A program made the position numbers and the translations under genes. A stretch of 60,294 nucleotides of DNA. It comes from an uncultured Gammaproteobacteria bacterium. GTDB taxonomy: Bacteria > Pseudomonadota > Gammaproteobacteria > Arenicellales > CAJQKF01. Below are positions 52,114 to 60,205 of this stretch, piece by piece (the stretch's first letter is position 1; each line of letters begins with the position of its first letter). The DNA lies in the NCBI GenBank assembly GCA_965652415.1, contig CBFGVH010000005.1, positions 1 to 60,294 on the forward strand, written 5' to 3'. The notes beneath the pieces were generated by a model. It did no database searches. It worked only from the letters and a program-made list of their open reading frames with translations, and had not been told where the DNA came from.

Positions 52114-52847
52114 TGCGGGTCGTCGCCCTCTACAGCATCAAGGGCGGCGTCGGCAAGACCGCCGGTGCGGTCAACCTCGCCTGGGAGGCGATGCGCCACG
52201 GTTATCGCACCCTGCTGTGGGACATCGATCCCCAGGGCGCGGCATCGTGGTACCTGCGCATCCGCCCGGAGCTGCCCGGGGGCGTCGACACGGTCCTCAA
52301 GAAACGCGTCACGCGCGGCATCAAGGCGACCGACTACCCGGGGCTCGACCTGCTGCCGGCCGACTTCACCCACCGAAATCTCGACCTCCTCCTCGATCGG
52401 CGCAGGAAGCGGCGCAAGTCGCTGGCGCGGGTCGTGGATCGCTTCGCCGCCGACTTCGACATGGTTTTCGTCGACTGCCCGCCGGGCATCTCGCTGGTGT
52501 CGGAGAACGTGTTCCGAAGTGCCGACGTGCTGCTCAACCCTGTCATCCCTTCGACGCTGTCGGTACGCACGCTGGAACAGCTCGCCGATTTTCTGCGCGA
52601 GTCGGGACCGGCAGGCGTGCGCTTGCTGAACTATTTCTCCATGGCCGACCGCCGGCGGCGCATGCACCGCGACGTGATGGAAACCCTTGCTCGCGAGCGC
52701 GCCGACGTCCTCGACACCGCGATCCCCGACTCGAGCGTGGTCGAGCGCATGGGCGTCGAACGACGCCCGGTGGGAGCCTTCGCGCCGCGCAGCACCGCCG
52801 CGGCCGCGTACCGGCGCCTGTTCGAGGAGCTGGAGGCGGTGCTCTAG
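52113..52847 (+). CDS. orphan ParA/MinD-family (deviant Walker A) ATPase
   Basis: 244 aa from GTG at 52113 (VRVVALYSIKGGVGKTAGAVNLA). DIDPQG, VFVDCPPG. AAGGAA RBS 9 nt upstream. The start overlaps the CHAD TAG stop (TAGTG). Confidence 0.86.
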   Translation: MRVVALYSIKGGVGKTAGAVNLAWEAMRHGYRTLLWDIDPQGAASWYLRIRPELPGGVDTVLKKRVTRGIKATDYPGLDLLPADFTHRNLDLLLDRRRKRRKSLARVVDRFAADFDMVFVDCPPGISLVSENVFRSADVLLNPVIPSTLSVRTLEQLADFLRESGPAGVRLLNYFSMADRRRRMHRDVMETLARERADVLDTAIPDSSVVERMGVERRPVGAFAPRSTAAAAYRRLFEELEAVL

Positions 52848-53680
52848 AAAGCCGCGACGAGGTCCGCGCGGGCGTCGATGATCTCGCGCCGCGCACTGTC
52901 GGCGACCTTGAGTTCCAGCGCGTCGCCGCCGGCAGCGCGCGCGAGCAGCGTGATGGTCTCGCTCACGAACACCGGCGCCTTGACGCGAAACGAGAACGCG
53001 CCGAGGGTGCGCTCGCCGTCGAGGCCGTCGGCGAAGTTCATCAGCCACGTCGCCATCAGCGGGCCGTGCACGACGAGCCCCGGGTAGCCCTCCACCTCGG
53101 TCGCATAGCGCTGGTCGTAATGGATGCGGTGGCCGTTGAAGGTCAGGGCCGAGTAGCGGAACAGCTGCACCGTGTCGGTGGTGATGTCGCGCCGCCATTG
53201 CCAGTCGCCCGGGTCCAGCGTGCCCGCCGCCGTGGCCGCGGCAGCGACGCCGGCCGCCTCGCGATAGACGATGGTATGACGCTCATCGAGCCACGGCATG
53301 CCGTCGGCGGCGAAGGCATGGTCGACCTTGACGAACACCAGTGCGCCGCTCCGGCCGCTTTTCTCCTCGATTGCTGCAACGGTCGAATCCCGCGACACCC
53401 GCGCACCCGCCGCCGCGGCGCCGTGAAACCGGATCTCTCCCGCCGCCCACATGCGCCGCGGCAGCTCGACCGGCGGCAGGAAGTCGCCGCGCTGCGGGTG
53501 CCCGTCGGGCCCGAGCCTCGACTGGCGCACGCGCTCGGCGCACAACAGCCACTGCAGGCCCAGCGGCACGCCGCCGTCGCGGTCGAGCAGCGCGTTGAGC
53601 CCCTCGACGTGGGCCTCGGTCAGCAGTTCCTCGCGATGCTGGCGGCGTCCGAGCCAGTCGGCGAGAGGTGCCTCGCTCAT
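52844..53680 (-). CDS. MaoC-like double hot-dog (R)-hydratase family protein
   Basis: 278 aa. C-terminal half ...NGHRIHYDQRYATEVEGYPGLVVHGPL is a typical MaoC dehydratase motif. ATGA overlap with the upstream aminotransferase gene. Confidence 0.75.
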   Translation of the reverse strand: MSEAPLADWLGRRQHREELLTEAHVEGLNALLDRDGGVPLGLQWLLCAERVRQSRLGPDGHPQRGDFLPPVELPRRMWAAGEIRFHGAAAAGARVSRDSTVAAIEEKSGRSGALVFVKVDHAFAADGMPWLDERHTIVYREAAGVAAAATAAGTLDPGDWQWRRDITTDTVQLFRYSALTFNGHRIHYDQRYATEVEGYPGLVVHGPLMATWLMNFADGLDGERTLGAFSFRVKAPVFVSETITLLARAAGGDALELKVADSARREIIDARADLVAAF

Positions 53681-54840
53681 GCCGCCCGGCGCCAGTCGGC
53701 GAGGCGGCCGGCCGCGTCCTCGAGCACGTGGTCGGCCTTGCAGAAGCAGAACCGGACGAGATGGCGCGGTGCGTCGGCGGCATAGAAGGCGCTGACCGGC
53801 ACGCCGGTGACGCCGCCGTCGACGGTGAGCTGCCGGCAGAAGTCCTCGTCGTCGAGATCGGTCAGGGCGCGGATGTCGACGGTCAGAAAGTACGTCGCCT
53901 GGCAGGGCAGTACGTCGAAGCCGACCGCCGCCAGCGTTTCGGCGAGGTAGTCGCGCTTCGACGCCAGGCGCGCCGCGAGATTCGTGTACCAGTCGATCTC
54001 GTTGTCCAGGCCGTGCGCCACCGCCGCCTGCAGGTTGGGCGGCGTGGTGAACACCAGGAACTGGTGGGCGCGGCTGATGACGCCGACGAGTTCCGGCGCC
54101 GCGCTCACGAATCCGACCTTCCAGCCGGTCAGCGAGAAGATCTTGCCGCTCGAGCCGATACGCACGGTGCGCTCGCGCATGCCCGGCAGGGTCATCAGGG
54201 GCACGTGCTCGCGTCCATCGAACACGAGGTGCTCGTAGACCTCGTCGGCAATCACCGTCACGTCGTGCCGCCGCGCCAGCTCGGCCACGGCCTCGAGCTC
54301 GGCCCGCTCGAACACCCTCGCGGTCGGGTTCATCGGGTTGTTGATCAGCAGCACCCGCGTGCGCGGCGAGAAGGCGCGTTGAAGCACTTCGAGATCGAGG
54401 GACCAGCCGGGCGGATGCAGGCGCACCGGCACCGGCACCGCGCCGGCCATCTTCACCAGCGGCAGGTAGGCGTCGTACAGGGGCTCGACGAGGATGGCCT
54501 CGTCGCCGGGATTCAGCAATCCGAACAGGCTCGCGGCCAGCGCCTCGGTGGCGCCGCTGGTGACAAGCACCTCGCGCTGCCAGTCGAGGTCGAGGCCGTA
54601 GACGCGCGACGCGTGGCGCGCCACCGCCTGGCGCAGTGCCGGCAGCCCCATCATCGGCGGATACTGGTTCGAGGAGCCGGCGGTGTACTCGGCCAGCACG
54701 CGCTTCATGCTGGCCGGGCCCTCTTCGTCGGGAAAGCCCTGGCCGAGATTGACGCTGCCGTGCTCGATGGCGAGCCGCGTGTTGCGCTCGAATACGGTGG
54801 TGCCGAATCCGGCCAGCAGGCGGTTGCCGGCCGCTACCAC
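53677..54840 (-). CDS. class I/II pyridoxal-phosphate aminotransferase (YbdL/kynurenine-aminotransferase-like)
   Basis: NLGQGFPD, NNPMNPTA, PLP-Lys motif SSGKIFSLTGWKVG. GTG start at 54840, uncertain. Confidence 0.85.
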   Translation of the reverse strand: MVAAGNRLLAGFGTTVFERNTRLAIEHGSVNLGQGFPDEEGPASMKRVLAEYTAGSSNQYPPMMGLPALRQAVARHASRVYGLDLDWQREVLVTSGATEALAASLFGLLNPGDEAILVEPLYDAYLPLVKMAGAVPVPVRLHPPGWSLDLEVLQRAFSPRTRVLLINNPMNPTARVFERAELEAVAELARRHDVTVIADEVYEHLVFDGREHVPLMTLPGMRERTVRIGSSGKIFSLTGWKVGFVSAAPELVGVISRAHQFLVFTTPPNLQAAVAHGLDNEIDWYTNLAARLASKRDYLAETLAAVGFDVLPCQATYFLTVDIRALTDLDDEDFCRQLTVDGGVTGVPVSAFYAADAPRHLVRFCFCKADHVLEDAAGRLADWRRAA

Positions 54841-55493
54841 GGCAGGATCTCGCCGTTGGCGTGCCAGAACGTCCCGCTGCTCGACATGTCGAGCGCGTCG
54901 AGGCGCGCGACGAGGCCCGCGGCTGCTTCCGAAGCCGGGATGCCGTGGCCGCCGGTCATGTCGGTGGCGACCATGCCGGGGTGCAGCAGCGCGACCGCGA
55001 TGCCGCGCCCCGCGAGGTCGCGCGCCAGGCTCACGCCGACGGCGTTGACCGCCGCCTTCGAGGCGCGGTAGCCGTAGTAACCGCCGCTGCCGTTGTCGCC
55101 GATCGAGCCCATGCGGCTGGTGATGATGCCAACCTTCGATCCCTCGTCCAGGTTGCCGAGGCAGGTGGCGGTCACCCTGAGCGGTCCGAGGGTGTTGATC
55201 TCGAACTGGCGCCGGATGGCGTCGAAATCCAGGCTGTCTAGGCCCTCGCGCGAGAGCACGCCGGCATTGTTCACCAGCACGTCGATGCGGGCGTCGCCGA
55301 GTCCTGCGCGCAACTCGCGCATGGAGGCGTCCGAGGTGACGTCGACGCCCTCGATGATGCGTGCACCGCTGTCCTTCAGTTCGCGGCTCGCCCGCCGGCA
55401 CAGCCCGATCACGGTGTCGCCGCGTTCGCCGAGGCGGCGCGCGAGTTCGAGGCCGATGCCGCGACCGGCCCCGCTTATCACGTAGGTGGCCAT
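54834..55493 (-). CDS. short-chain dehydrogenase/reductase (SDR)
   Basis: 219 aa from MATYVISGAGRGIGLE. NNAG. Catalytic YRASKAA. Confidence 0.88.
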   Translation of the reverse strand: MATYVISGAGRGIGLELARRLGERGDTVIGLCRRASRELKDSGARIIEGVDVTSDASMRELRAGLGDARIDVLVNNAGVLSREGLDSLDFDAIRRQFEINTLGPLRVTATCLGNLDEGSKVGIITSRMGSIGDNGSGGYYGYRASKAAVNAVGVSLARDLAGRGIAVALLHPGMVATDMTGGHGIPASEAAAGLVARLDALDMSSSGTFWHANGEILPW

Positions 55494-55631
55494 GATGGTC
55501 TCCGTCGACTTGGGAATCTTCAAGTGGGCCGGACATTATTTCAAACCCGGGCACCTCTTGCCTATGGCCGGCGGCGGCAGCGGCGCCGAAACGCTATCAT
55601 TGAACGATTTGAGGACCTTGCGGACGCCGCC

Positions 55632-56114
55632 ATGCGCCATGCGAAGCGACTCGCCTTCATTCCCGAGGCTCCCGGCAGCTACGCGCTGCTGTTTCGCTGC
55701 AATATCGCCCGCCGGGTGCGGGTCGGCGCGCTCGGCGTCGTCGCCACAGAGCCCGGCTGGTATCTCTACGTCGGTGCCGCGTTCGGGCCCGGCGGACTGC
55801 GCGCCCGCATCGCCCGCCACGCCCGCGGGAACAAGGTGAAGCGCTGGCACATCGACTACCTGCGGCCGTTCCTGCGCATGGAGGAGATCTGGTACTGCCA
55901 GGCGCCCCGCAACCTCGAGCACCGCTGGGCCGACCGGCTGCTGGACCTTGCCTACGCGACCAGTTCGGCGGTGGTGCCGCTGGCGAAGTTCGGCGCCGGC
56001 GACTGCGCCTGCCGCACCCACCTCGTGCGCCTGCCGTTCCGGCCGCGGCCGGAGAACCTGAGGTCGCGCGGCGGCTGGCGCTACGGCATCGTGTCCGTCG
56101 TGTGGCAGTCGTGA
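55632..56114 (+). CDS. DUF123 / GIY-YIG (URI) superfamily nuclease-like protein
   Basis: PGWYLYVGAA, RIARH, RWHIDYL, GAGDCACRTHL motifs. Start taken at MRHAKRL. Confidence 0.7.
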   Translation: MRHAKRLAFIPEAPGSYALLFRCNIARRVRVGALGVVATEPGWYLYVGAAFGPGGLRARIARHARGNKVKRWHIDYLRPFLRMEEIWYCQAPRNLEHRWADRLLDLAYATSSAVVPLAKFGAGDCACRTHLVRLPFRPRPENLRSRGGWRYGIVSVVWQS

Positions 56115-56242
56115 GTGCCGCTCGCGGTTTTGCATGGCGGGCCGCGTTTAAGGTTTAATGGCGGCGAGCATCATCCGGGTCGTGCGCACGAGCGTCACCC
56201 AACCGAAGATCCTATCTGTCCAACCTTGTTTTGGAGACCGAC

Positions 56243-56536
56243 ATGGCGAGCGAAGGCTATCACGAGCCCATCGAGGAACTGAGCGACGCCACCCGCGACA
56301 TGCATCGCGCCATCGTCTCGCTCATGGAGGAACTCGAGGCGGTGGACTGGTACAACCAGCGCGTCGACGCCTGCAAGGATGCCGAGCTGAAGGCCATCCT
56401 CGCGCACAACCGCGACGAGGAAAAGGAGCACGCCGCAATGGTGCTGGAATGGATCCGGCGCAAGGACCCGACGCTCGACAAGGAACTCAAGGACTACCTG
56501 TTCACCGAAGGCGAGATCGGTCACCACCACGAATGA
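56243..56536 (+). CDS. encapsulated-ferritin (EncFtn)-like ferroxidase, without recognisable targeting peptide
   Basis: 97 aa. HRAIVSLMEELEAVDWYNQRVDAC..LKAILAHNRDEEKEHAAMVLEWIRR is near-identical in pattern to the Rhodospirillum rubrum EncFtn core, with Glu/Glu/His ferroxidase residues retained. GGAG RBS. Ends ...FTEGEIGHHHE. Confidence 0.82.
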   Translation: MASEGYHEPIEELSDATRDMHRAIVSLMEELEAVDWYNQRVDACKDAELKAILAHNRDEEKEHAAMVLEWIRRKDPTLDKELKDYLFTEGEIGHHHE

Positions 56537-56595
56537 GTGCGACGAGCGTCCGTCGCGCTGACCGTCCGGCCGTTCGCGGCGGCTGACTGGCGTTC

Positions 56596-57315
56596 ATGGG
56601 CGCGCGCGGCGGGTTCGGATTTGCCAGCGGCCACCTGCTGGCCGGCAAGTACGAGGTCCTCGACTACCTCGGCGGCGGCTGGCAGGGCGAGGTATACAAG
56701 ATCCGCGAGCGCGGCACGCGCGTCGAGCGCGCCGCCAAGATCTTCTATCCCAAGCGCAACGTCCGCAACCGCACCGCGTCGACCTATGCCAAGAAGCTGC
56801 ACAAGCTGCGCAGCTGCCCGATCCTGATCCAGTACCACACCTTCGAGACCATCGAGCACGAGGGGCGTCCGGTCACGCTGTTCATATCGGAGTACGTCGA
56901 GGGCGAGCTGCTGCAGCACTTCGTCACTCGCTACCGCGGCGAGCGCCTGCCGTTGTTCATGGCCATCCACCTGCTGCACGCCCTGGCGGTGGGCGTGGAG
57001 AGCATTCACCGCATGGGCGAGTATCACGGCGACCTGCACTCGGAGAACGTCATCGTGCAGCGGCTTGGCCTGACATTCAATCTCAAGCTGCTCGACCTGT
57101 TCCACTGGGGGCCGGCCAATCGCGAGAACCGCCACCACGACATCTGCAGCATGATCCGCATCTTCTACGACGCGCTCGGCGGCCAGAAGACCTACGCCCG
57201 CCAGCCGCAGAAGGTGCGCGACATCTGCTGCGGCCTGAAGCAGTCCCTGATCCGCAAGAAGTTTCGCACCGCGAGCGAGCTGCGCCTGTACATCGAGGCG
57301 CGCGACTGGAGCTGA
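56596..57315 (+). CDS. small atypical protein-kinase-fold protein (RIO/Bud32-like)
   Basis: 239 aa. Gly-loop LGGGWQGEVYK, VAIK-type Lys in RAAKIF, catalytic loop YHGDLHSENVIV, metal-binding LLDLF in place of DFG. Confidence 0.72.
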   Translation: MGARGGFGFASGHLLAGKYEVLDYLGGGWQGEVYKIRERGTRVERAAKIFYPKRNVRNRTASTYAKKLHKLRSCPILIQYHTFETIEHEGRPVTLFISEYVEGELLQHFVTRYRGERLPLFMAIHLLHALAVGVESIHRMGEYHGDLHSENVIVQRLGLTFNLKLLDLFHWGPANRENRHHDICSMIRIFYDALGGQKTYARQPQKVRDICCGLKQSLIRKKFRTASELRLYIEARDWS

Positions 57316-57342
57316 CGGCGAGGCATCCCCGGCACGCCAGCG

Positions 57343-58131
57343 ATGGAATCCGTGACCCGCAGCATACTGACCATACTGGTGATCGTCGTCATCGGCTACG
57401 CCGTGATCTGCGCATGGATGTACGCCAGGCAGCGGCAGCTCATCTACTTCCCGACGCCCCCCGCGAGCGCCGCCGGCATCGAGCCGCTGTGGGTCGACAG
57501 CGCCGGCGAGCGGGTCAAGGTGTGGCCGCTCAACGAGGGTGCGGACGACGCCGTGATCTACTTCGGCGGCAATGCCGAGGACGTGCTGTACGCGGCGCCG
57601 CTGTTCGAGTCGGTGTTTCCCGATCGCGCGGTGTACCTGGTGAACTATCGCGGCTACGGCGGCAGCTCCGGCTCGCCCTCCGAGCACGGCTTCTACGCCG
57701 ACGGGCTCAACGTTTTCGACGTGGTGGGCGTGCGGCACGAGCGCGTGTCCGTGGTCGGCCGCAGCATCGGCAGCACGGTGGCCACCCACGTCGCCGCCCG
57801 CCGCCCTGCGCACCGGCTCGCGGTGGTGACGCCCATCGACAGCGTCGAGGCGCTGGCGCGCCACTACTACCCGCTCCTGCCGATATCACTGCTGCTCAAG
57901 GACCGCTTTCGCGCCGTCGACGATGCGCCGCGGGTGAGCGCACCGACCCTGGCGGTGATCGCGGCCGCCGACGAGATCGTGCCGCGCGCCAACAGCCTGC
58001 GCCTGGTCGACGCCTTCGAGGCGGCCACGGTGGAAGTCGCCTTCCTGGAAGGCGCGGGCCACAACGACATATCGGCCAACCCCGACTATGCAGAGACCCT
58101 GCGCGCGTTTTTCCTTGCCACGGCCGACTGA
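57343..58131 (+). CDS. membrane-anchored alpha/beta hydrolase
   Basis: N-terminal TM (ILTILVIVVIGYAVICAWMY). Nucleophile elbow GRSIGS. C-terminal GAGHND His motif. Confidence 0.8.
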   Translation: MESVTRSILTILVIVVIGYAVICAWMYARQRQLIYFPTPPASAAGIEPLWVDSAGERVKVWPLNEGADDAVIYFGGNAEDVLYAAPLFESVFPDRAVYLVNYRGYGGSSGSPSEHGFYADGLNVFDVVGVRHERVSVVGRSIGSTVATHVAARRPAHRLAVVTPIDSVEALARHYYPLLPISLLLKDRFRAVDDAPRVSAPTLAVIAAADEIVPRANSLRLVDAFEAATVEVAFLEGAGHNDISANPDYAETLRAFFLATAD

Positions 58132-58164
58132 GGCGGCCGCCCGGCCGCGGCGGCAGAACGTGCC

Positions 58165-58527
58165 GTGCGCCTGATCGGCGGCCTTTGCGTGCTGCTCTGC
58201 TACCAGCTCGCCGGCGAGCTGGTGGCGATCTTCTTCGAGCTGGCCATCCCCGGCCCGGTGATCGGCATGCTGCTCCTGCTGGCCACGCTGATGGTGCTGG
58301 GGCGCGCGCCGGCGGGACCGGACGCGGCGGCCGGCGCCCTGCTGGCCCACCTGTCGCTGCTGTTCGTACCGGCCGGCGTCGGCGTGATGGTGCACCTCGA
58401 CCTGGTGGCGGCCGAGTGGCTGCCGATCACGGCCGCTCTCGTCGCCAGCACCGTCGCCGGCATGGCGCTGACCGCCCTGGTGATGAAGTGGGTGATGCGA
58501 CTGACCAGCCGGAGGGCGCGGCCGTGA
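58165..58527 (+). CDS. CidA/LrgA holin-like family protein
   Basis: 120 aa with 4 TM segments. Typical ...LLCYQLAGELV...IPGPVIGMLLL. Confidence 0.82.
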   Translation: MRLIGGLCVLLCYQLAGELVAIFFELAIPGPVIGMLLLLATLMVLGRAPAGPDAAAGALLAHLSLLFVPAGVGVMVHLDLVAAEWLPITAALVASTVAGMALTALVMKWVMRLTSRRARP

Positions 58528-59264
58528 ACGAGGCCGGCCTGGAACGCATCTGGGTGTTCCTGGCGGCTTCGCCGCTGGCCGGGCTGACCGTGACGCTGGC
58601 GGCCTACGTCATAGCGTGGCGCATCCACGCCGCCGCCCGCATGAACCCGCTGTTGCACCCGGTGGCGCTGTCCGTGGCCATGCTGATCGGCCTGCTGATG
58701 GCGACCGGCGTGTCGTACCGCGACTATTTCGACGGGGCCCAGTTCGTGCATTTCCTGCTGGGCCCGGCCACCGTCGGCCTGGCGCTGCCGCTGTACCGCC
58801 AGCTCGACCGGGTGCGCCGCGTCATCGTGCCGCTCGCCGCCGGACTGGCGGCCGGCATCGTCGGCGGTCTCGCGGTCGCGGTGGCGGTGGGCCTCGCTCT
58901 CGGCGGCAGCCTCGAGACAGTGCTGTCGCTGGCTCCGAAGTCCGCCACCGCGCCGGTGGCGATGGGCGTTGCCGAGCGCATTGGCGGACTGCCGTCGCTG
59001 ACCGCGGTGCTGGTGGTCGCCACGGGTATTCTCGGCGCGGTGATCGGTGTTCCGCTGCTGCGCTCGCTCGGCATCCGCGACGACGCGGTCGCCGGCGTCG
59101 CCATGGGCTCCACGGCCCACGGCATCGGTACCGCCCGAGCCTTCCAGGTGAGCGAGGAGATGGGCGCGTTCTCAGGCCTGGCCATGGCCATCTCGGCATT
59201 CCTGATCGCGCTGGTGCTGCCCACGCTGCTGGCGGCGTTCGGTCTCCCCGGCGCCGCGCCTTGA
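58524..59264 (+). CDS. LrgB/CidB family protein
   Basis: 246 aa from GTG at 58524 (GTGA overlap with lrgA-like). ...LAPKSATAPVAMGVAERIGG... motif. Confidence 0.85.
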   Translation: MNEAGLERIWVFLAASPLAGLTVTLAAYVIAWRIHAAARMNPLLHPVALSVAMLIGLLMATGVSYRDYFDGAQFVHFLLGPATVGLALPLYRQLDRVRRVIVPLAAGLAAGIVGGLAVAVAVGLALGGSLETVLSLAPKSATAPVAMGVAERIGGLPSLTAVLVVATGILGAVIGVPLLRSLGIRDDAVAGVAMGSTAHGIGTARAFQVSEEMGAFSGLAMAISAFLIALVLPTLLAAFGLPGAAP

Positions 59265-60205
59265 GCCCGCGCCCCTGGAAGCGGGTGCTCGCGCGACGCG
59301 GTTACGCCCTGGTCGACGGCGCTCTCGCCACGGAACTCGAGCGGCGCGGCCGCGACCTCGGAACGGCCCTGTGGTCGGCCGCGGTGCTCGCCGACGACCC
59401 GGACGCGATCCGCGCCGTGCACGACGACTACCTCGAGGCCGGGGCAGATATCGTGATCGGCGCCACCTACCAGGCGAGCTTTGAAGGCTTCGCCGCTGCC
59501 GGCATCGACCACGATCGCGCCTGCGCCCTGATGCAGCGTGCCGTCGATCTCGCGCTGGCGGCCTGTCGCGACCATGGCGGCGCCGACGACGGTCCTCTCG
59601 CGGCCGCCGGCATCGGCCCGTACGGGGCCATGCTGGCCAACGGCGCCGAATATACCGGCGACTATGGTGTCGGCGAGGCTGAACTCATGCGGTTTCACCG
59701 CGAGCGCCTGGCGCTGTTGTCCGCGAGCGGCGCCGACCTGCTGGCGATTGAGACCATACCGAGCGCCGCCGAGGCCGCCGTGCTGGCCGCGCTGCTGGAC
59801 GAGGCCGACGGTCCCGGCGCCTGGCTCAGCTTCTCCTGCCGCGACGGCGCCCGCCTCAATGACGGCAGCGCCATCGGCTCGGTGGTACGCGCGCTGGCCG
59901 CGGTGCGGCGGATCGCGGCGTTCGGCGTCAACTGCACCCACCCGCGGTTCGTCGAATCCCTGATCGGGGAAATCCGAGCCGCGGCGCCGGAGGCCGACGT
60001 CGTGGTCTATCCGAACCTCGGCGAGCCGTGGAACCCCCGCACACGCCGCTTCGAGCCGGCGCCGGGGTCCGAGCCGTTCGAAGCCCTCGCCGTGCGCTGG
60101 TACCAAGCCGGGGCGCGACTCATCGGCGGCTGCTGTCGCACCACGCCGGCCCACATCGCCGCCGTCGGTCGGCGGCTCGACCGCGTGACCCGGCGGGGCG
60201 GCTGA
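59261..60205 (+). CDS. mmuM: homocysteine S-methyltransferase
   Basis: ALWSAAVL, GADIVIGATYQAS, Zn-binding GGCCRTTPAHI. TTG start at 59261 (alternative GTG at 59285), overlapping the lrgB-like stop. Confidence 0.85.
   Translation: MSPRPWKRVLARRGYALVDGALATELERRGRDLGTALWSAAVLADDPDAIRAVHDDYLEAGADIVIGATYQASFEGFAAAGIDHDRACALMQRAVDLALAACRDHGGADDGPLAAAGIGPYGAMLANGAEYTGDYGVGEAELMRFHRERLALLSASGADLLAIETIPSAAEAAVLAALLDEADGPGAWLSFSCRDGARLNDGSAIGSVVRALAAVRRIAAFGVNCTHPRFVESLIGEIRAAAPEADVVVYPNLGEPWNPRTRRFEPAPGSEPFEALAVRWYQAGARLIGGCCRTTPAHIAAVGRRLDRVTRRGG

Noticed and set aside
52113-52847. Interpreting the ParA-family gene as the chromosomal Soj/ParA that works with the parS sites at 38.1-38.3 kb.
   Set aside because: No parB follows it, it is about 14 kb from the parS sites, and it is translationally coupled to a CHAD gene. 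A canonical parAB operon is more likely elsewhere. Kept as an alternative in the finding.
56243-58131. An encapsulin nanocompartment operon (shell + EncFtn cargo).
   Set aside because: Neither neighbour has HK97-fold encapsulin character. The downstream gene has clear kinase motifs and the next is an alpha/beta hydrolase. The ferritin also lacks a targeting peptide.
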